Source: Bacteroidia bacterium
Lineage (GTDB): Bacteria > Bacteroidota > Bacteroidia > UKL13-3
DNA: 64,000 nt
Reading direction: 5' to 3'
Assembly: GCA_044351265.1 (NCBI GenBank)
Contig: JBILGC010000005.1
Location: forward strand, 8,162-72,161
A program made the translations under genes and the position numbers. Positions 17,043-27,868 of this stretch are shown in pieces. Within the stretch, counting starts at the first letter, position 1, and every line of letters begins with the position of its first letter. The notes below the pieces were generated by a model, which did not search any database, was not told where the DNA came from, and was given only the letters and a program-made list of their open reading frames with translations.

Positions 17043-18246
17043 GGATTCGCTTATTATATACATTTTCATCTGCGTAAAGATTAAGCAGATAAAGTCCATC
17101 AGCTATACGTGATATATCCAATGTGTTGTTTGTGGCCGGGTAATTACCACTTTCAATTACTTTTCCATTGAGGTCAGTTAAAGAATAGCGCTGCGGTGCT
17201 AATGATTTTGGAAGGCTCACTTGTATAAAGGTACTTGCAGGATTTGGATAAACAGAAACACCTAAGTCATTACCGGAAAACAGCCTCACAGATGAAACGA
17301 TGGCTCCTGTATAAACGCCATAAAAGAAATCAGCCACATACTTCACAGTAGAATCCATGTATGATGCGTTGAAAGAAAATGGCACGTGGTCTTGTCCTTT
17401 AAATGTTAGCAGGCGAGAGTTAATGCCATTTAATTTTGCAGCCGAGTCAATGCTGAAACTTCCCTGAAGAAAACTTACCCTATTGCCCATATAATAAAAG
17501 TCGGCACTACCATAAGGTACAGTTTGGTCCTGATCGCCATGTATGTGGCACAACGGAACTGTTTTTTTATCAAGCATCCAGCTAACATTTTTAAGGGCTC
17601 CTGAAAGGTTGGCTATAGCAGAAACGCCAGACGAATAACCTGCATTCCCGGTATTGCCTTCAAAACCTCCTAGTAAGGTGGTATCTACGCCTAAACCTTC
17701 AAGTTCTGATGGCTTGTCTAAAAATGTCATTTGTAATCCTAGCACACCTCCTGCTGATACACCAGCGAAATAGATAATACCTGGATTGATTTTATAACTA
17801 TTTCCTGTAGCAGCATGCTTGCGCAAGAAACGTACAGCTGCCCTGCCGTCTTGTTGTCCTCTCCACACAGCTTGAGTAAACTCTATTTCGTATCCCAAGC
17901 CTGAAAATGGATTTATCCCTTGGCGATATTGAATGGATGCAGTTACATAACCTCTTTTGGCAAATTGTTTGCACAGATGCACCACATCCGGTAATCTGCG
18001 ATCACCATTAATAAATGAGCCGCCATGTGCAATAACAATTACAGGGCGAGAAGTGGCAGTATCACCTTCGGGCTGATAAATATCCATTACCAGATTTTGA
18101 GGTACACCCAAAAAAGTATTATTGGTTCCGTAAGCTACATTGCTGTCAACCTTTACGCTAGCAAAAACACTGTCGCGAAATCTGGTTTGCGCAGATGTAA
18201 GGGTGTAAATCAATAATGTTGTACAGATGAGTAGTAGTCTTTTCAT
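17029..18246 (-). CDS. Secreted alpha/beta-hydrolase (esterase/lipase-like) with T9SS type-A C-terminal sorting domain
   Basis: Signal peptide, HGGSF and GVSAGG serine-hydrolase motifs, and a C-terminal Por-secretion tail (..VYPNPASTFIQVSLP..LNLYADENVYNKRILIRH). Confidence 0.75.
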   Translation of the reverse strand: MKRLLLICTTLLIYTLTSAQTRFRDSVFASVKVDSNVAYGTNNTFLGVPQNLVMDIYQPEGDTATSRPVIVIAHGGSFINGDRRLPDVVHLCKQFAKRGYVTASIQYRQGINPFSGLGYEIEFTQAVWRGQQDGRAAVRFLRKHAATGNSYKINPGIIYFAGVSAGGVLGLQMTFLDKPSELEGLGVDTTLLGGFEGNTGNAGYSSGVSAIANLSGALKNVSWMLDKKTVPLCHIHGDQDQTVPYGSADFYYMGNRVSFLQGSFSIDSAAKLNGINSRLLTFKGQDHVPFSFNASYMDSTVKYVADFFYGVYTGAIVSSVRLFSGNDLGVSVYPNPASTFIQVSLPKSLAPQRYSLTDLNGKVIESGNYPATNNTLDISRIADGLYLLNLYADENVYNKRILIRH

Positions 18247-18353
18247 AATTTTATTAAATAAGTTTAAACGAATATATAAATATGTTAGAATATCAAACAG
18301 TTCGTTTCAAGCTCAGCTAGTAAAATCAAGATAAATTTTGGAAGAAGAATAAA

Positions 18354-21300
18354 TTACTGAATGGTATATCGCAAGGATACCCCTCCACTTTGAATGATGG
18401 TTGGGAAGGAGTTTGATGTTGCAGGGTCAGTTCTTCTGTAACTGTAAAAAATACGCATCATCAGCTTTTCGTTAAAATTGTAATCAATTTGTGGTTTCAA
18501 ATCATAAATTACCTGACCTTGCACCGGGTCGTTGGATTCCCTATCGAGATAGCGAATTTTTGTAAGGTTATTCCTAATAGAAAAATCAATTCTGAAATTC
18601 ACCTCATTTTCAAGAACCAGTCTTCTGCCTCCTCCACCTAGCATAGGTATTGCAAGTTTGCTTGCCCTGTAGCCGGCACCTATTACCCACTCGCTTCCTG
18701 TTTGTTCATTTAGCTGACCATTGGTAAGGGTAAAGTTCATTGTGCGGTCTTTTTTATACTCAAGCTTAGCCTGAATATTATTTACAAATGTGATATCAAT
18801 ACCTATAAAAGGGCCCCACCTTTCAGTTATAGATATTTGCCTGATTTGATACTTGGATGCATAATCTCCGGTGAAACTGGGTGAGGCGTTGGTATCGCCA
18901 GGTAGGATGGTTTGGAATGCACCAACATTATAATTTGATGTATATTGATTTGAGATGGTAATATTGCTTGCATACTCCTTAATCAATTCAATTTTGGTTA
19001 ATCCATTATAGGTGATACGCCAGTTTAGATCAGGTATTTTAGGAAACGGAGAAAGACCAGTTTGAGAAGCATCTTCACCTCCGTATGCAGAGAGAAAAGC
19101 AGGAATCAATACTTCCTGAGAAAGTCGGCTATATCCGCGTGGGAAACCTGTACTGTCTGCTGCGCCACCCGGAAGTTCAGGATTCTGACCTAAACGATTG
19201 GCAATGGCTAAACGATTTTCCTGAAAGCGTTTAAAAACTTCGCCAGGGTCAGTAAATGCTGTCGCAAGCGCGTTGTATGTGATAGAAAAATTACCTGTTT
19301 GTGTAGGGATATTTACATCAACAAATTCTTTTCTTATACTATCATATCGGAACAAAACACTGGTTTGAAGAGAGCGCTGACTCTGCATATTTAGTTCTAT
19401 CCTAAAGTCTGTAATGGGTTCAAGGGTTGCTCTTCCTGTTATATTTTCTCTGAAATCTTCAGTATAAAAATTAGTTATCCTTGGGTCGTTGCTTAGCCAG
19501 CCATTTCCAGCTGCCCTGAATCTGTAATTGTCATCTTGCATAGCCAAGATAAAATCAAATCCGGGGCCATCATTATCAAAATTTTGCCCAAGGTATTGTG
19601 GCCTGGTTTTAAAACCCGGAAGCACAACTCCTTTATTGGTGGTATGAGCAAAGGTTATATTCTTTAAGCTGGTAATAAGCTTAACAGGTATTCGTACAAA
19701 TGGGCCATAATTTTTAGGACTATTGTCTTCTTTTTTCTTTTTTATTTTTGTGTCTTTTTTATTTGGCTCTTTTTTGTCTTCTTCCTCATCTGCAGGCTTG
19801 CGTGGAGTTTTCTTTGCAGAATTATTAATATCACGCAGAAACTTCCATTTGTTGTAAAGCAAGCTCATATTCAGGTTAAAGTTCCATGCTTCAGTTTTGG
19901 CATTGGATATGGTATTGCCTAAACTGTCTGCAGCAGGAGGTGCTTGTTTCCACTGGTAGTTTACCGTGTAGCTATACGCAGATTGCGAAATGAAACTGAG
20001 TTGCTGTATTTTATTTAATGGAATATTGTAGTTGAATCTAATTGCTTGATCATACTGCATCAGGCGGCCACCATTCCAAAAATTATTCCACATAGAGTCG
20101 CGTTTGGCAGGTGTATTTTCATCTATTTGGCCTAATGGTTCATCAACACGGGCCAATACAGTTGCATTGTAATCTAGCCTCAAACTTTTTGATAAATTAT
20201 AGCTGAATTCATAGTAGCGGGTCATGGTAAACATCTTATCATACAAAGGTTGTATCAATGTTAATGGATTATCATTATTCCTGTTAATCGTAACACCATA
20301 TCGCCTGTCAGTTTCAAGCCTTGCACCCCATGTTTGTGGCGTAAACATTAAGTTAAAGTCCTTGATCAAGGTAAGTTGTTTTGATTTGATTATTTTACTG
20401 AAGGGCTCCCACGCCTTCGGATTAAAGCTATATTGGTAGGCAGTTATGGTTTTATAGTTTTGAAGGATATAATATTCCATCGTTTGATTTCTTCTGAAGG
20501 TTTCGCTGTAGGAGTATGTAAATGTCCAGTTTTCAATATCCCAAACATGCGCTTTGGCTGCACCTACTCTATTTTTTCTTATATTGGTAAAGTTCAAACT
20601 TCGTCTTGCTGTAAAATCATCAGCAGCACGCGAAATTCTGTCTCTGCGCTCTTCATTTGTTGTTTCATCAATTTCTTTTTGCAGTCGTGTATCCGGATTC
20701 AGTGGATTATAAAATGGTCTCACCAATGTATTACCATAAGATAAAAATATCGGAATAGAGATTCCTAGTTTTGTTGGCAAAAATTTCCCTAATTCGAAAC
20801 TACCCTGCACATCATATTGATATGTGTCATCAAATGTGCGTTCGTTTATTTTTTTATCAATTCCACCAAAACCAACCGTTGTCAAATTGCCTGCCACCTG
20901 CATGTTGCCAAAGTCTGCCAGCTTTATCTGAGCCCTTGCGGTTGCTGCCCAACCACCATTGTTGTTAAATTCAGTTGCACGCATTTCATTAAACCAAACT
21001 TCTGCGCACTTGGGTAAACCATCATCGTTGCTGCCCGGAAATGCTCTTGGGTTGCGCACTCCAAGCATCATAACTCTTACATTGCTCAAATCCGGTAAGC
21101 CAACTACTCTTATTTTTTTATTGCCGCCAAGATCTCTTGCATAAACTGCAGTAAAGGGATGACTGGCATTGGTTCTTTGAATCTTTGTATTGATAAACTC
21201 CTCCAGATCAAGTATCATTTCATTTTCTGCCGGCCAAATATTGTTTGCACCGGCATCTCCCAACATAGATGCTTTAAGCGGTATTTCATATTCATAATAA

Positions 21301-24300
21301 TTGTTGGTAAGGTCTGTACCTAGGCGTACAAATGCAGTAAGGTCTCCATCATTTAATGTAGCACCTTCGGCATGCACAAACATGCGCAGCTTACCGTATC
21401 TTCTTAAATCCACATTGGTTACATTTTTAAATACCCCTCTTGCATCCGCATCTTTCAGGTTACAAACCTGAAGCGATAATGATTGCTCATTTTGCTGAAT
21501 AGCTTGAGGGGCACTAAAATCAAGTTCGCGTTGTATGCCAGGAGGCGTAACATAAGGCAAAGGCACACGGAATCGATTTTCTTCTATGTTTACTGTAGAC
21601 ACCACAAACTTTGTATCATCATCCGGATCGCTGGGTTTATTTTCTTTACCCTGCTCTAAGCTTCCTAAATATTTTCTCCAATCGGCACGTACCAATTGAA
21701 ATGCACCTAAACGCAATACCATCTGATCTTCAAAGCCGCGCATAAACACGCGCATAAAACGAATAGATTTGAAATCTAAAATCTGCCCAACTCGTTTCTC
21801 ATATTCTCTGATGGGCACTTTTAACTGATACCAGGTTACTTGCTCACTGGTTCCATTTTCAAGCCTTACAGTTGTAGCCACACTATCGGTTACATAGTTT
21901 TGTCCAACAACCAATCTTTCTTTGCTGATATCAATTCTATACTGATAATATTCTTCAATATCGTTTAATGTATAATCTCTGTTGATGTCTTCCATGTCTG
22001 GCAGGTTGGTTGCTACAGGCGGTGGAGATGCTGTAGATACAGGTGAGTTGCCCTGCGTGTTTGAGAAATAACGGAAGCGGTCTAATATAGATGGAGAGTT
22101 TACATTTAGGTAGAATTGAAAATTATCTTTTGATGGATCTTCGTTTGCTAGTTGATAGGCAACAGATGTAGTTCCATAGAGATTGGCTACTTGTTGCAGA
22201 TAATTATTGCTATAGTGTAAGCGCTCACCTTCGTCAGTTAGCCCATCTAATCCCACATCTTGCAGTTCTCTGGAGGCAGGATCGGCATCAAAGGCGTAGT
22301 TAATTACCGGTTGTCTGGTAACCCGTCCCCAAACTGTTGTATCAATTGCCAAGTTAAGGTCATTGGCTCTTGGCAAACCATTTTCAGCAGCTTTACGATT
22401 ATCACGCAGCACATCTTCAGAAATATTACCCAGGTTTATGTAAAGTTGTCCGCGGTCATTTTGATTGGGGTTAGACAAGTAAGGATCGAGCATCCATATT
22501 TCAATATAATCAATATTGGCGGCTTCAAAATCATTCTGATCTATTTTGCGCATAAGTCCGCCCCAGTTATTCTTAGGATCCTTCAGTGTTCCGTCTGCAT
22601 TAAGGCCTGAAAGGGTGTAGTTAAAAGGGCCTCTCTCCTTTGGATAAAACGCAAGATCAAGTGTGGCAATATTTTGAGGCATGCCCTGCTGTATTTGTCT
22701 GCTTGGGTAAATCTCGTTTACAAATATTTGTCGTACACGGTGATTGGATAATTCCTCGTCAGTTATGTTGGTTGGCCTAAATGGATTTCCTTCCTGATAA
22801 AAATTTGTGGGTATGGAGTACCAAGCTAATTGTGCGCGTCTGAAACCATAAGTTAAGTCGTTCAATAAATTTCCTTCAGGAAATAAATCGGTTTGACCTT
22901 GAGGTGTGCTGGCTAAAACCCAATTGTTGGTTCCGCGCAAATCAATCTGGGTTTCGCTTCCTTCAAAATCATCGAGGTAAGCTGTTCCTCCTTGCGCAAG
23001 GGCACCTTGTACTCCTGGGAATAAGCGGGCATACTCTGCAGATAAGGTTAAATCAGATTTTTCTTTGGTTTCAATAAAAGGTAAGGCATCAACAATTTTG
23101 GTGATTAAACGCGATTCAGTTTTATAGGAGCCATCAAACCCAATCATTACATTGGAAATGGGTTCTTCATTCAGGTTTACTTTTGGTGTTAGTGGCCGCT
23201 CATTTAGCCATAATACCGTTCCGCCAACAAGGAAATCACGGTTTACCTTGTAATCAAACCTTGAGCCCATCAGTGTTTTTTGCTGTATGCTAAAAAGTGA
23301 ATTACTTTCTGATGATACTTTGATAATGGCACCGGAGTTTAGTAATCCTGTATTGATGATGCGCACGCGCCCGATATTGTAATCAACGGTAAAATCTACA
23401 TTTTCGGTAAGAGGCGCACCGTTGGCAGTAACCCTTACTGAGCCTCGCGGCACATTTGTTGAATTGAGTGATATTTCATTGGTTGACTGCCCCTGATAGC
23501 TTCCGCGCAGAAAAAATTTATTGTACTGCGGCAGTTGTATGGCAGCAAAGCGGGTAGAATCATACAGTTCATAAAAGCAATAGTAGCGTGCGCGTGAAGG
23601 ATCGTTTACAAACTTTGTTTGCAAATAAGTTCCAAAAGGCTCAACCATTGGAAAAATAATACGGCCCTGTTGTGTATTTATGGTAACTCCTTCAATAAAA
23701 TCAAACAAACCGTCAGGTGCTCTTTCCTGCTGGGTATTTAGATTATCCAGATTAAATACACTCACCAAAGGCACACCAATTAAAGCGGGTTCATTTTGTG
23801 CAGGTATATAATTTAAATCTGCACCTGACGGGTCATCTGCATAAATAATATTGAGGCGAAAATCTTTTTGCTGTACACCAAATGTTCCTAATGAATAAAT
23901 ATTTTTCATCATTAGATCCCAGATAGGTAAATCAGGTCTGAGCGATGGACCCTTTAGCATTTTGGTAAAAAGCACATTAGGTTGTTGTGCATTTACCGGC
24001 ACATCTGTAGTAAACTCCCCCACCTTATATACCTTGCCGTTTAATGTATATTCATATGCCACACAAAGTACATCATCATTGTTCAGGGTTTGATTTAATG
24101 AGATATAGCCCAGTCTTGGATTTATAGTGTATTCATTGGCGCTTAATAATCTTGAATAATTAATCATCTGATATTGAGAGATGGGCTGAAGTTTTGTTTG
24201 ATTTTGATCACGCAGCAACTGATTTTGCACGTCAAAGGAAGAGCGCAGTGCATCCTTATTTGTAGCTAATGAGCGGCCCAGCAGGTAATCGTATAAACCA

Positions 24301-25514
24301 TTTGTAAGGTTATTTGGAAACGTATCAAACGGAATTGGATTTACATTCCAGTTTTTATTGTCTCTTTTCGAAGCTTCACCCAGATCTGCAAATCCAACCA
24401 CATCTCTAGAGTTATCAAAAGCACCGGTACGGTTTGTTACCCAAACCTCTACACGGTTAATGATAACAGGTGAGCCTATAATTGGAAGGTTTGACAACCA
24501 CTGATCATAATTATCCCTAAAATAATGAGATAGGAAGAAGTGGCGATTCATGTCATAATTATCACCTTGTATATCAAATCGAGTGGATTGTGCACCTCCT
24601 TGTATTTCTGTTTCGGTTGTTCTGCCCCTTTGTTGTGTAAATATGGAAGTCATCGTTAATCTTCCAAACTGCATAACGGATTTTACACCAAATAAGCTTT
24701 GGCTGCCTTGAATAAGCGAGGAGTTTAGCGGAAGGCTAACATTACCCAATTCAATCTTTTTTATGATGTCATCATCTTTTCCTGCATAATCAAGCTTTAC
24801 TTGGTTTTCAAAATCAAAAGTGGCTTCGGTATCATAGTTTAGATTTACTTTTAATCTATCGCCAATACTGCCTTGAACGCTTAGCTGTATTTTTTGTCTG
24901 AAATCGAATTGCCCGATGGTTTGCTGTTGAGGAGCAAATGCAGGATTCTTTACTGTATTGAAGTTGCCAGAAAAAATAAGTTCTGCTGTACCTCTTGGTC
25001 TTATATCAATAACCCCACTTCCAAAAATGCGTTCAAAAATTTTAGGACCAATTTTGAGTGGTGGTATGATACCGCTGCCACTTGCCATATTATTGGCCTG
25101 AGCCCTTTGTCTGAAATAAGCAATGTTTTGTCGGTTATTTTCTGCTTTCAGTTGCTCAGCAATAGTTACCGAGGCAGGCATTCGATATTCTGAATTGCCA
25201 ATTTGAGAAGAGTAATTGTATCGGTTTTCAGAAGAATCGAGCGCATACTTTTCGGTGATATTAGATGGTTCTGATAAGTCAAGCGGATGACGTTTTGATC
25301 CCCGTTCATAAGGATTACGGTCTTTAATTGGAAACTTTAGTGGCTTGCGGCTGGTGTCTTGAGCTGAAGAATCAGGCGGGAGCACAATTTTAAAATCACG
25401 ATTTTTGGAGTCATTTTCAGGCAAAACAGAGGGCGTTGCCCCCCACACCAGCGTGATGAAGAAGGCAAAGGTAGATGAAAATGATATGTACTTAAATCCC
25501 GATTTACTTGACAA
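18354..25514 (-). CDS. sprA: SprA (T9SS translocon / cell-surface gliding motility protein)
   Basis: 2386-aa beta-rich protein with a signal peptide. Size, composition and a position immediately downstream of ruvA match Bacteroidota sprA. Confidence 0.9.
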   Translation of the reverse strand: MSSKSGFKYISFSSTFAFFITLVWGATPSVLPENDSKNRDFKIVLPPDSSAQDTSRKPLKFPIKDRNPYERGSKRHPLDLSEPSNITEKYALDSSENRYNYSSQIGNSEYRMPASVTIAEQLKAENNRQNIAYFRQRAQANNMASGSGIIPPLKIGPKIFERIFGSGVIDIRPRGTAELIFSGNFNTVKNPAFAPQQQTIGQFDFRQKIQLSVQGSIGDRLKVNLNYDTEATFDFENQVKLDYAGKDDDIIKKIELGNVSLPLNSSLIQGSQSLFGVKSVMQFGRLTMTSIFTQQRGRTTETEIQGGAQSTRFDIQGDNYDMNRHFFLSHYFRDNYDQWLSNLPIIGSPVIINRVEVWVTNRTGAFDNSRDVVGFADLGEASKRDNKNWNVNPIPFDTFPNNLTNGLYDYLLGRSLATNKDALRSSFDVQNQLLRDQNQTKLQPISQYQMINYSRLLSANEYTINPRLGYISLNQTLNNDDVLCVAYEYTLNGKVYKVGEFTTDVPVNAQQPNVLFTKMLKGPSLRPDLPIWDLMMKNIYSLGTFGVQQKDFRLNIIYADDPSGADLNYIPAQNEPALIGVPLVSVFNLDNLNTQQERAPDGLFDFIEGVTINTQQGRIIFPMVEPFGTYLQTKFVNDPSRARYYCFYELYDSTRFAAIQLPQYNKFFLRGSYQGQSTNEISLNSTNVPRGSVRVTANGAPLTENVDFTVDYNIGRVRIINTGLLNSGAIIKVSSESNSLFSIQQKTLMGSRFDYKVNRDFLVGGTVLWLNERPLTPKVNLNEEPISNVMIGFDGSYKTESRLITKIVDALPFIETKEKSDLTLSAEYARLFPGVQGALAQGGTAYLDDFEGSETQIDLRGTNNWVLASTPQGQTDLFPEGNLLNDLTYGFRRAQLAWYSIPTNFYQEGNPFRPTNITDEELSNHRVRQIFVNEIYPSRQIQQGMPQNIATLDLAFYPKERGPFNYTLSGLNADGTLKDPKNNWGGLMRKIDQNDFEAANIDYIEIWMLDPYLSNPNQNDRGQLYINLGNISEDVLRDNRKAAENGLPRANDLNLAIDTTVWGRVTRQPVINYAFDADPASRELQDVGLDGLTDEGERLHYSNNYLQQVANLYGTTSVAYQLANEDPSKDNFQFYLNVNSPSILDRFRYFSNTQGNSPVSTASPPPVATNLPDMEDINRDYTLNDIEEYYQYRIDISKERLVVGQNYVTDSVATTVRLENGTSEQVTWYQLKVPIREYEKRVGQILDFKSIRFMRVFMRGFEDQMVLRLGAFQLVRADWRKYLGSLEQGKENKPSDPDDDTKFVVSTVNIEENRFRVPLPYVTPPGIQRELDFSAPQAIQQNEQSLSLQVCNLKDADARGVFKNVTNVDLRRYGKLRMFVHAEGATLNDGDLTAFVRLGTDLTNNYYEYEIPLKASMLGDAGANNIWPAENEMILDLEEFINTKIQRTNASHPFTAVYARDLGGNKKIRVVGLPDLSNVRVMMLGVRNPRAFPGSNDDGLPKCAEVWFNEMRATEFNNNGGWAATARAQIKLADFGNMQVAGNLTTVGFGGIDKKINERTFDDTYQYDVQGSFELGKFLPTKLGISIPIFLSYGNTLVRPFYNPLNPDTRLQKEIDETTNEERRDRISRAADDFTARRSLNFTNIRKNRVGAAKAHVWDIENWTFTYSYSETFRRNQTMEYYILQNYKTITAYQYSFNPKAWEPFSKIIKSKQLTLIKDFNLMFTPQTWGARLETDRRYGVTINRNNDNPLTLIQPLYDKMFTMTRYYEFSYNLSKSLRLDYNATVLARVDEPLGQIDENTPAKRDSMWNNFWNGGRLMQYDQAIRFNYNIPLNKIQQLSFISQSAYSYTVNYQWKQAPPAADSLGNTISNAKTEAWNFNLNMSLLYNKWKFLRDINNSAKKTPRKPADEEEDKKEPNKKDTKIKKKKEDNSPKNYGPFVRIPVKLITSLKNITFAHTTNKGVVLPGFKTRPQYLGQNFDNDGPGFDFILAMQDDNYRFRAAGNGWLSNDPRITNFYTEDFRENITGRATLEPITDFRIELNMQSQRSLQTSVLFRYDSIRKEFVDVNIPTQTGNFSITYNALATAFTDPGEVFKRFQENRLAIANRLGQNPELPGGAADSTGFPRGYSRLSQEVLIPAFLSAYGGEDASQTGLSPFPKIPDLNWRITYNGLTKIELIKEYASNITISNQYTSNYNVGAFQTILPGDTNASPSFTGDYASKYQIRQISITERWGPFIGIDITFVNNIQAKLEYKKDRTMNFTLTNGQLNEQTGSEWVIGAGYRASKLAIPMLGGGGRRLVLENEVNFRIDFSIRNNLTKIRYLDRESNDPVQGQVIYDLKPQIDYNFNEKLMMRIFYSYRRTDPATSNSFPTIIQSGGVSLRYTIQ

Positions 25515-25529
25515 AGTAAAGATGCGCCA

Positions 25530-26114
25530 TCAAAGAATTTTTAGGGTGTTTTTAACCAATTGTTCAACTGTATATTCGGGGTTCTGCTGTTTAATTTTGA
25601 TAAGCCCTTTTTCAGCTTCAGCCTTGCTAAAGCCGAGCATAACAAGCGCTGAAAGGGCTTCTTCCATTTTGGTGTTTTTTTCAGTAGCAAAACTGAAACC
25701 TTCCGCAGCTTCAACCTTCTTCATTTTATTTTTTAAATCAATCACCACTTTCTGGGCCGTTTTTTCACCTATGCCCTTTACCGTTTTAATTAACGCCCAA
25801 TTTCCTGCGCTTATTGCCTGCTTAATATCTCCTGGCTTAAGCGAGGAGAGCATTAGGCGGGCAGTATTGGTACCAACCCCGCTAACGGAAATAAGCTGTT
25901 TAAATAAGGTTCGCTCTTCTTCATCGGCAAATCCATAGAGGATATGCGCATCTTCTTTGATAATCAGGCAGGTAAGTACTTTAATCCGTTCGCTCTCTAC
26001 TATTTTTTCAAAGGTGTTTAATGATATATTTACCTCATAACCAACACCTGAACACTCCACCACTAAATAAGTGGGGGTTTTTTCTACCAGTTTTCCTTCC
26101 AGATGCGATATCAA
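25530..26114 (-). CDS. ruvA: Holliday junction DNA helicase RuvA
   Basis: A conserved RuvA N-terminus (xISHLEGKLVEK..YLVVECSGVGYEV) appears if translation starts at a TTG at 26112-26114. The longer ATG-initiated ORF adds 30 non-conserved residues. The HhH motifs (GVGTNTA, KGIGEKTAQ) are present. Confidence 0.85.
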   Translation of the reverse strand: MISHLEGKLVEKTPTYLVVECSGVGYEVNISLNTFEKIVESERIKVLTCLIIKEDAHILYGFADEEERTLFKQLISVSGVGTNTARLMLSSLKPGDIKQAISAGNWALIKTVKGIGEKTAQKVVIDLKNKMKKVEAAEGFSFATEKNTKMEEALSALVMLGFSKAEAEKGLIKIKQQNPEYTVEQLVKNTLKIL

Positions 26115-26187
26115 AGCGTTTAATTGATTAAAGATAAGTCTGCTAAAATAAGAAATGTTTGTAATTTTGAATGCATTTAAGGCATTT

Positions 26188-26523
26188 ATGCTCAAATATT
26201 TCAAAATTATTTTAACTACATTTTTACTGCTTCAGTGCTGTTATACATATGAATTACAGGCATTTAATACTGAAGCGCCTCCACAAAACGGCACACATCG
26301 TGTGATACATGCCAATGGCAAAATTGCTGAAACAGGCCACTATAAAAATGGTCTGAAACACCGAATATGGCACTATTACAATGAATATGGAGTGAGAATA
26401 AAAAGAGAAAAATGGCTTGATGGGGCATTGATTTGGCAGGTATTTTATAATGAAAAGGGACGCACCATACGAACCATTGACAAGCATGGCAATGTTAAAG
26501 AATTCTCGGGTTGTGGATGCTGA
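26188..26523 (+). CDS. Small exported MORN/YwqK-like repeat protein
   Basis: Signal-like N-terminus and repeats of the G-x-Y-K/NG..W type (ETGHYKNGLKHRIWHYYNEYG). C-terminal CGC. Confidence 0.45.
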   Translation: MLKYFKIILTTFLLLQCCYTYELQAFNTEAPPQNGTHRVIHANGKIAETGHYKNGLKHRIWHYYNEYGVRIKREKWLDGALIWQVFYNEKGRTIRTIDKHGNVKEFSGCGC

Positions 26524-26623
26524 GGCCAATAAATGATTAAAATATGTAAGAGAGAATAACTTGGTTCATTCGTGCAACTATAAATTTATAGCACACACAT
26601 AAAATTACCTATTGGAAAAATAA

Positions 26624-27268
26624 ATGAATACCTCCGCTGAATTGTATTTTATTGATGGCTGCGGTCGCTGCTCTTTGGGTGGCACACTGCAATGCAAGGT
26701 AAACACATGGCGTAATGCATTATTATATATGCGAGAGATTCTGCATTTATGCGGTTTGCATGAAACATGCAAATGGGGCGTGCCCTGTTATATGCATCAT
26801 GATAAAAATATATTATTGCTAACGGCATTTAAAGAGTATGCTGCTTTAAATTTTTTTAACGGGGCTTCGTTGAGCGATACCAAACGCCTTTTGCGCAAAG
26901 CAGGCGAACATTCGCAATCGGGTAGAATGTATAAGTTTAATGATATAAGTGACATTAAAAAGCATGAAAAAGCAATAGTTAATTTAATTCAAGAGGCAAT
27001 GAGGTTGGAAGAGGCCGGAAAGATAACAACAGCAAAACCGGCAACAATAAAACTACCTGAAGAATTGGTAAAAGTGTTTAAAGAATTACCCGCTCTAGAA
27101 ACAGCTTTTTATGCATTAACCCCAGGCAGGCAGCGCGCATACCTCATCTATTTTACAGGTGCTAAACAATCGGAAACCAGAATGGCACGGATAGAGAAGT
27201 ACATACCGCAAATATTAAAAGGCATTGGGCTTCATGACGCATATAAAAGAGCTAGTAATAAAAAGTAA
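26624..27268 (+). CDS. YdeI/OmpD-associated family protein (DUF1801-like N-terminus plus C-terminal YdeI domain)
   Basis: C-terminal ..FYALTPGRQRAYLIYFTGAKQSETRMARIEKYI.. is typical of the YdeI domain. Confidence 0.55.
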   Translation: MNTSAELYFIDGCGRCSLGGTLQCKVNTWRNALLYMREILHLCGLHETCKWGVPCYMHHDKNILLLTAFKEYAALNFFNGASLSDTKRLLRKAGEHSQSGRMYKFNDISDIKKHEKAIVNLIQEAMRLEEAGKITTAKPATIKLPEELVKVFKELPALETAFYALTPGRQRAYLIYFTGAKQSETRMARIEKYIPQILKGIGLHDAYKRASNKK

Positions 27269-27291
27269 ATTCAAAATACAAGCCCCTTGGA

Positions 27292-27855
27292 CTACACGTT
27301 TCTTTCAATATAGTCTATCAGGGAATGTATGCATTTGATATGAATTTCCTGTGCACGGTCGGCATAGGGGCTTTGCGGGGCGCGAATTTCGGCATCACAT
27401 AATACTGCCATTTTTCCTCCGTCTTTTCCTGTAAGGCCTACTATTTTCATTCCTTTTTTTCTTGCAGCCTCAATAGCATAGAGTACATTTTTAGAATTGC
27501 CACTGGTTGATATTGCCAATAGCACATCACCTTCATTTCCCACTGCTTCAAGGTAGCGGCTGAAAACAAAATCATAACCATAATCATTGCCTACGCAGGC
27601 AATGTGAGAAGGATCTGAAATAGAAATTGCCGCCAACGCAGGTCTGTTATCTCTGTATCTACCTGTTAATTCTTCTGCAAAATGCATGGCATCGCACATG
27701 CTGCCTCCGTTACCACAACTAATAATTTTTTTACCTGCTTTTAATGCCTCTGTCATTAAACTACCTGCCTTTTCTAGAGATACGAAATTATTATCGTCAG
27801 CAAGAAACCTGTTTAATACATCCTGTGCTTCGGTAAAGTGTTGTTTTATGCTCAT
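27292..27855 (-). CDS. gmhA: D-sedoheptulose-7-phosphate isomerase (SIS domain)
   Basis: SIS motifs ..[22 protein letters not shown].. and ..[13 protein letters not shown]... Confidence 0.8.
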   Translation of the reverse strand: MSIKQHFTEAQDVLNRFLADDNNFVSLEKAGSLMTEALKAGKKIISCGNGGSMCDAMHFAEELTGRYRDNRPALAAISISDPSHIACVGNDYGYDFVFSRYLEAVGNEGDVLLAISTSGNSKNVLYAIEAARKKGMKIVGLTGKDGGKMAVLCDAEIRAPQSPYADRAQEIHIKCIHSLIDYIERNV

Positions 27856-27868
27856 TTGTTTTGAAGGA

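Noticed and set aside
20224-21144. A run of plus-strand ORFs of 60-116 aa inside the sprA coding region (also 22260-22610 and 24894-25193)
   Set aside because: They are antisense to a 7.1-kb gene with coherent protein features. They are low-complexity, Cys/Leu/Ile-rich translations typical of the reverse frames of an AT-rich gene.
25405-25938. A 177-aa plus-strand ORF spanning the sprA/ruvA junction
   Set aside because: It overlaps two well-supported minus-strand genes (the sprA start and ruvA). Its translation is hydrophobic and low in complexity, with no domain signal.
26115-26204. The ATG-initiated N-terminal extension of ruvA
   Set aside because: The conserved RuvA N-terminus begins at a TTG 30 codons downstream, and the extension lacks homology-like features.
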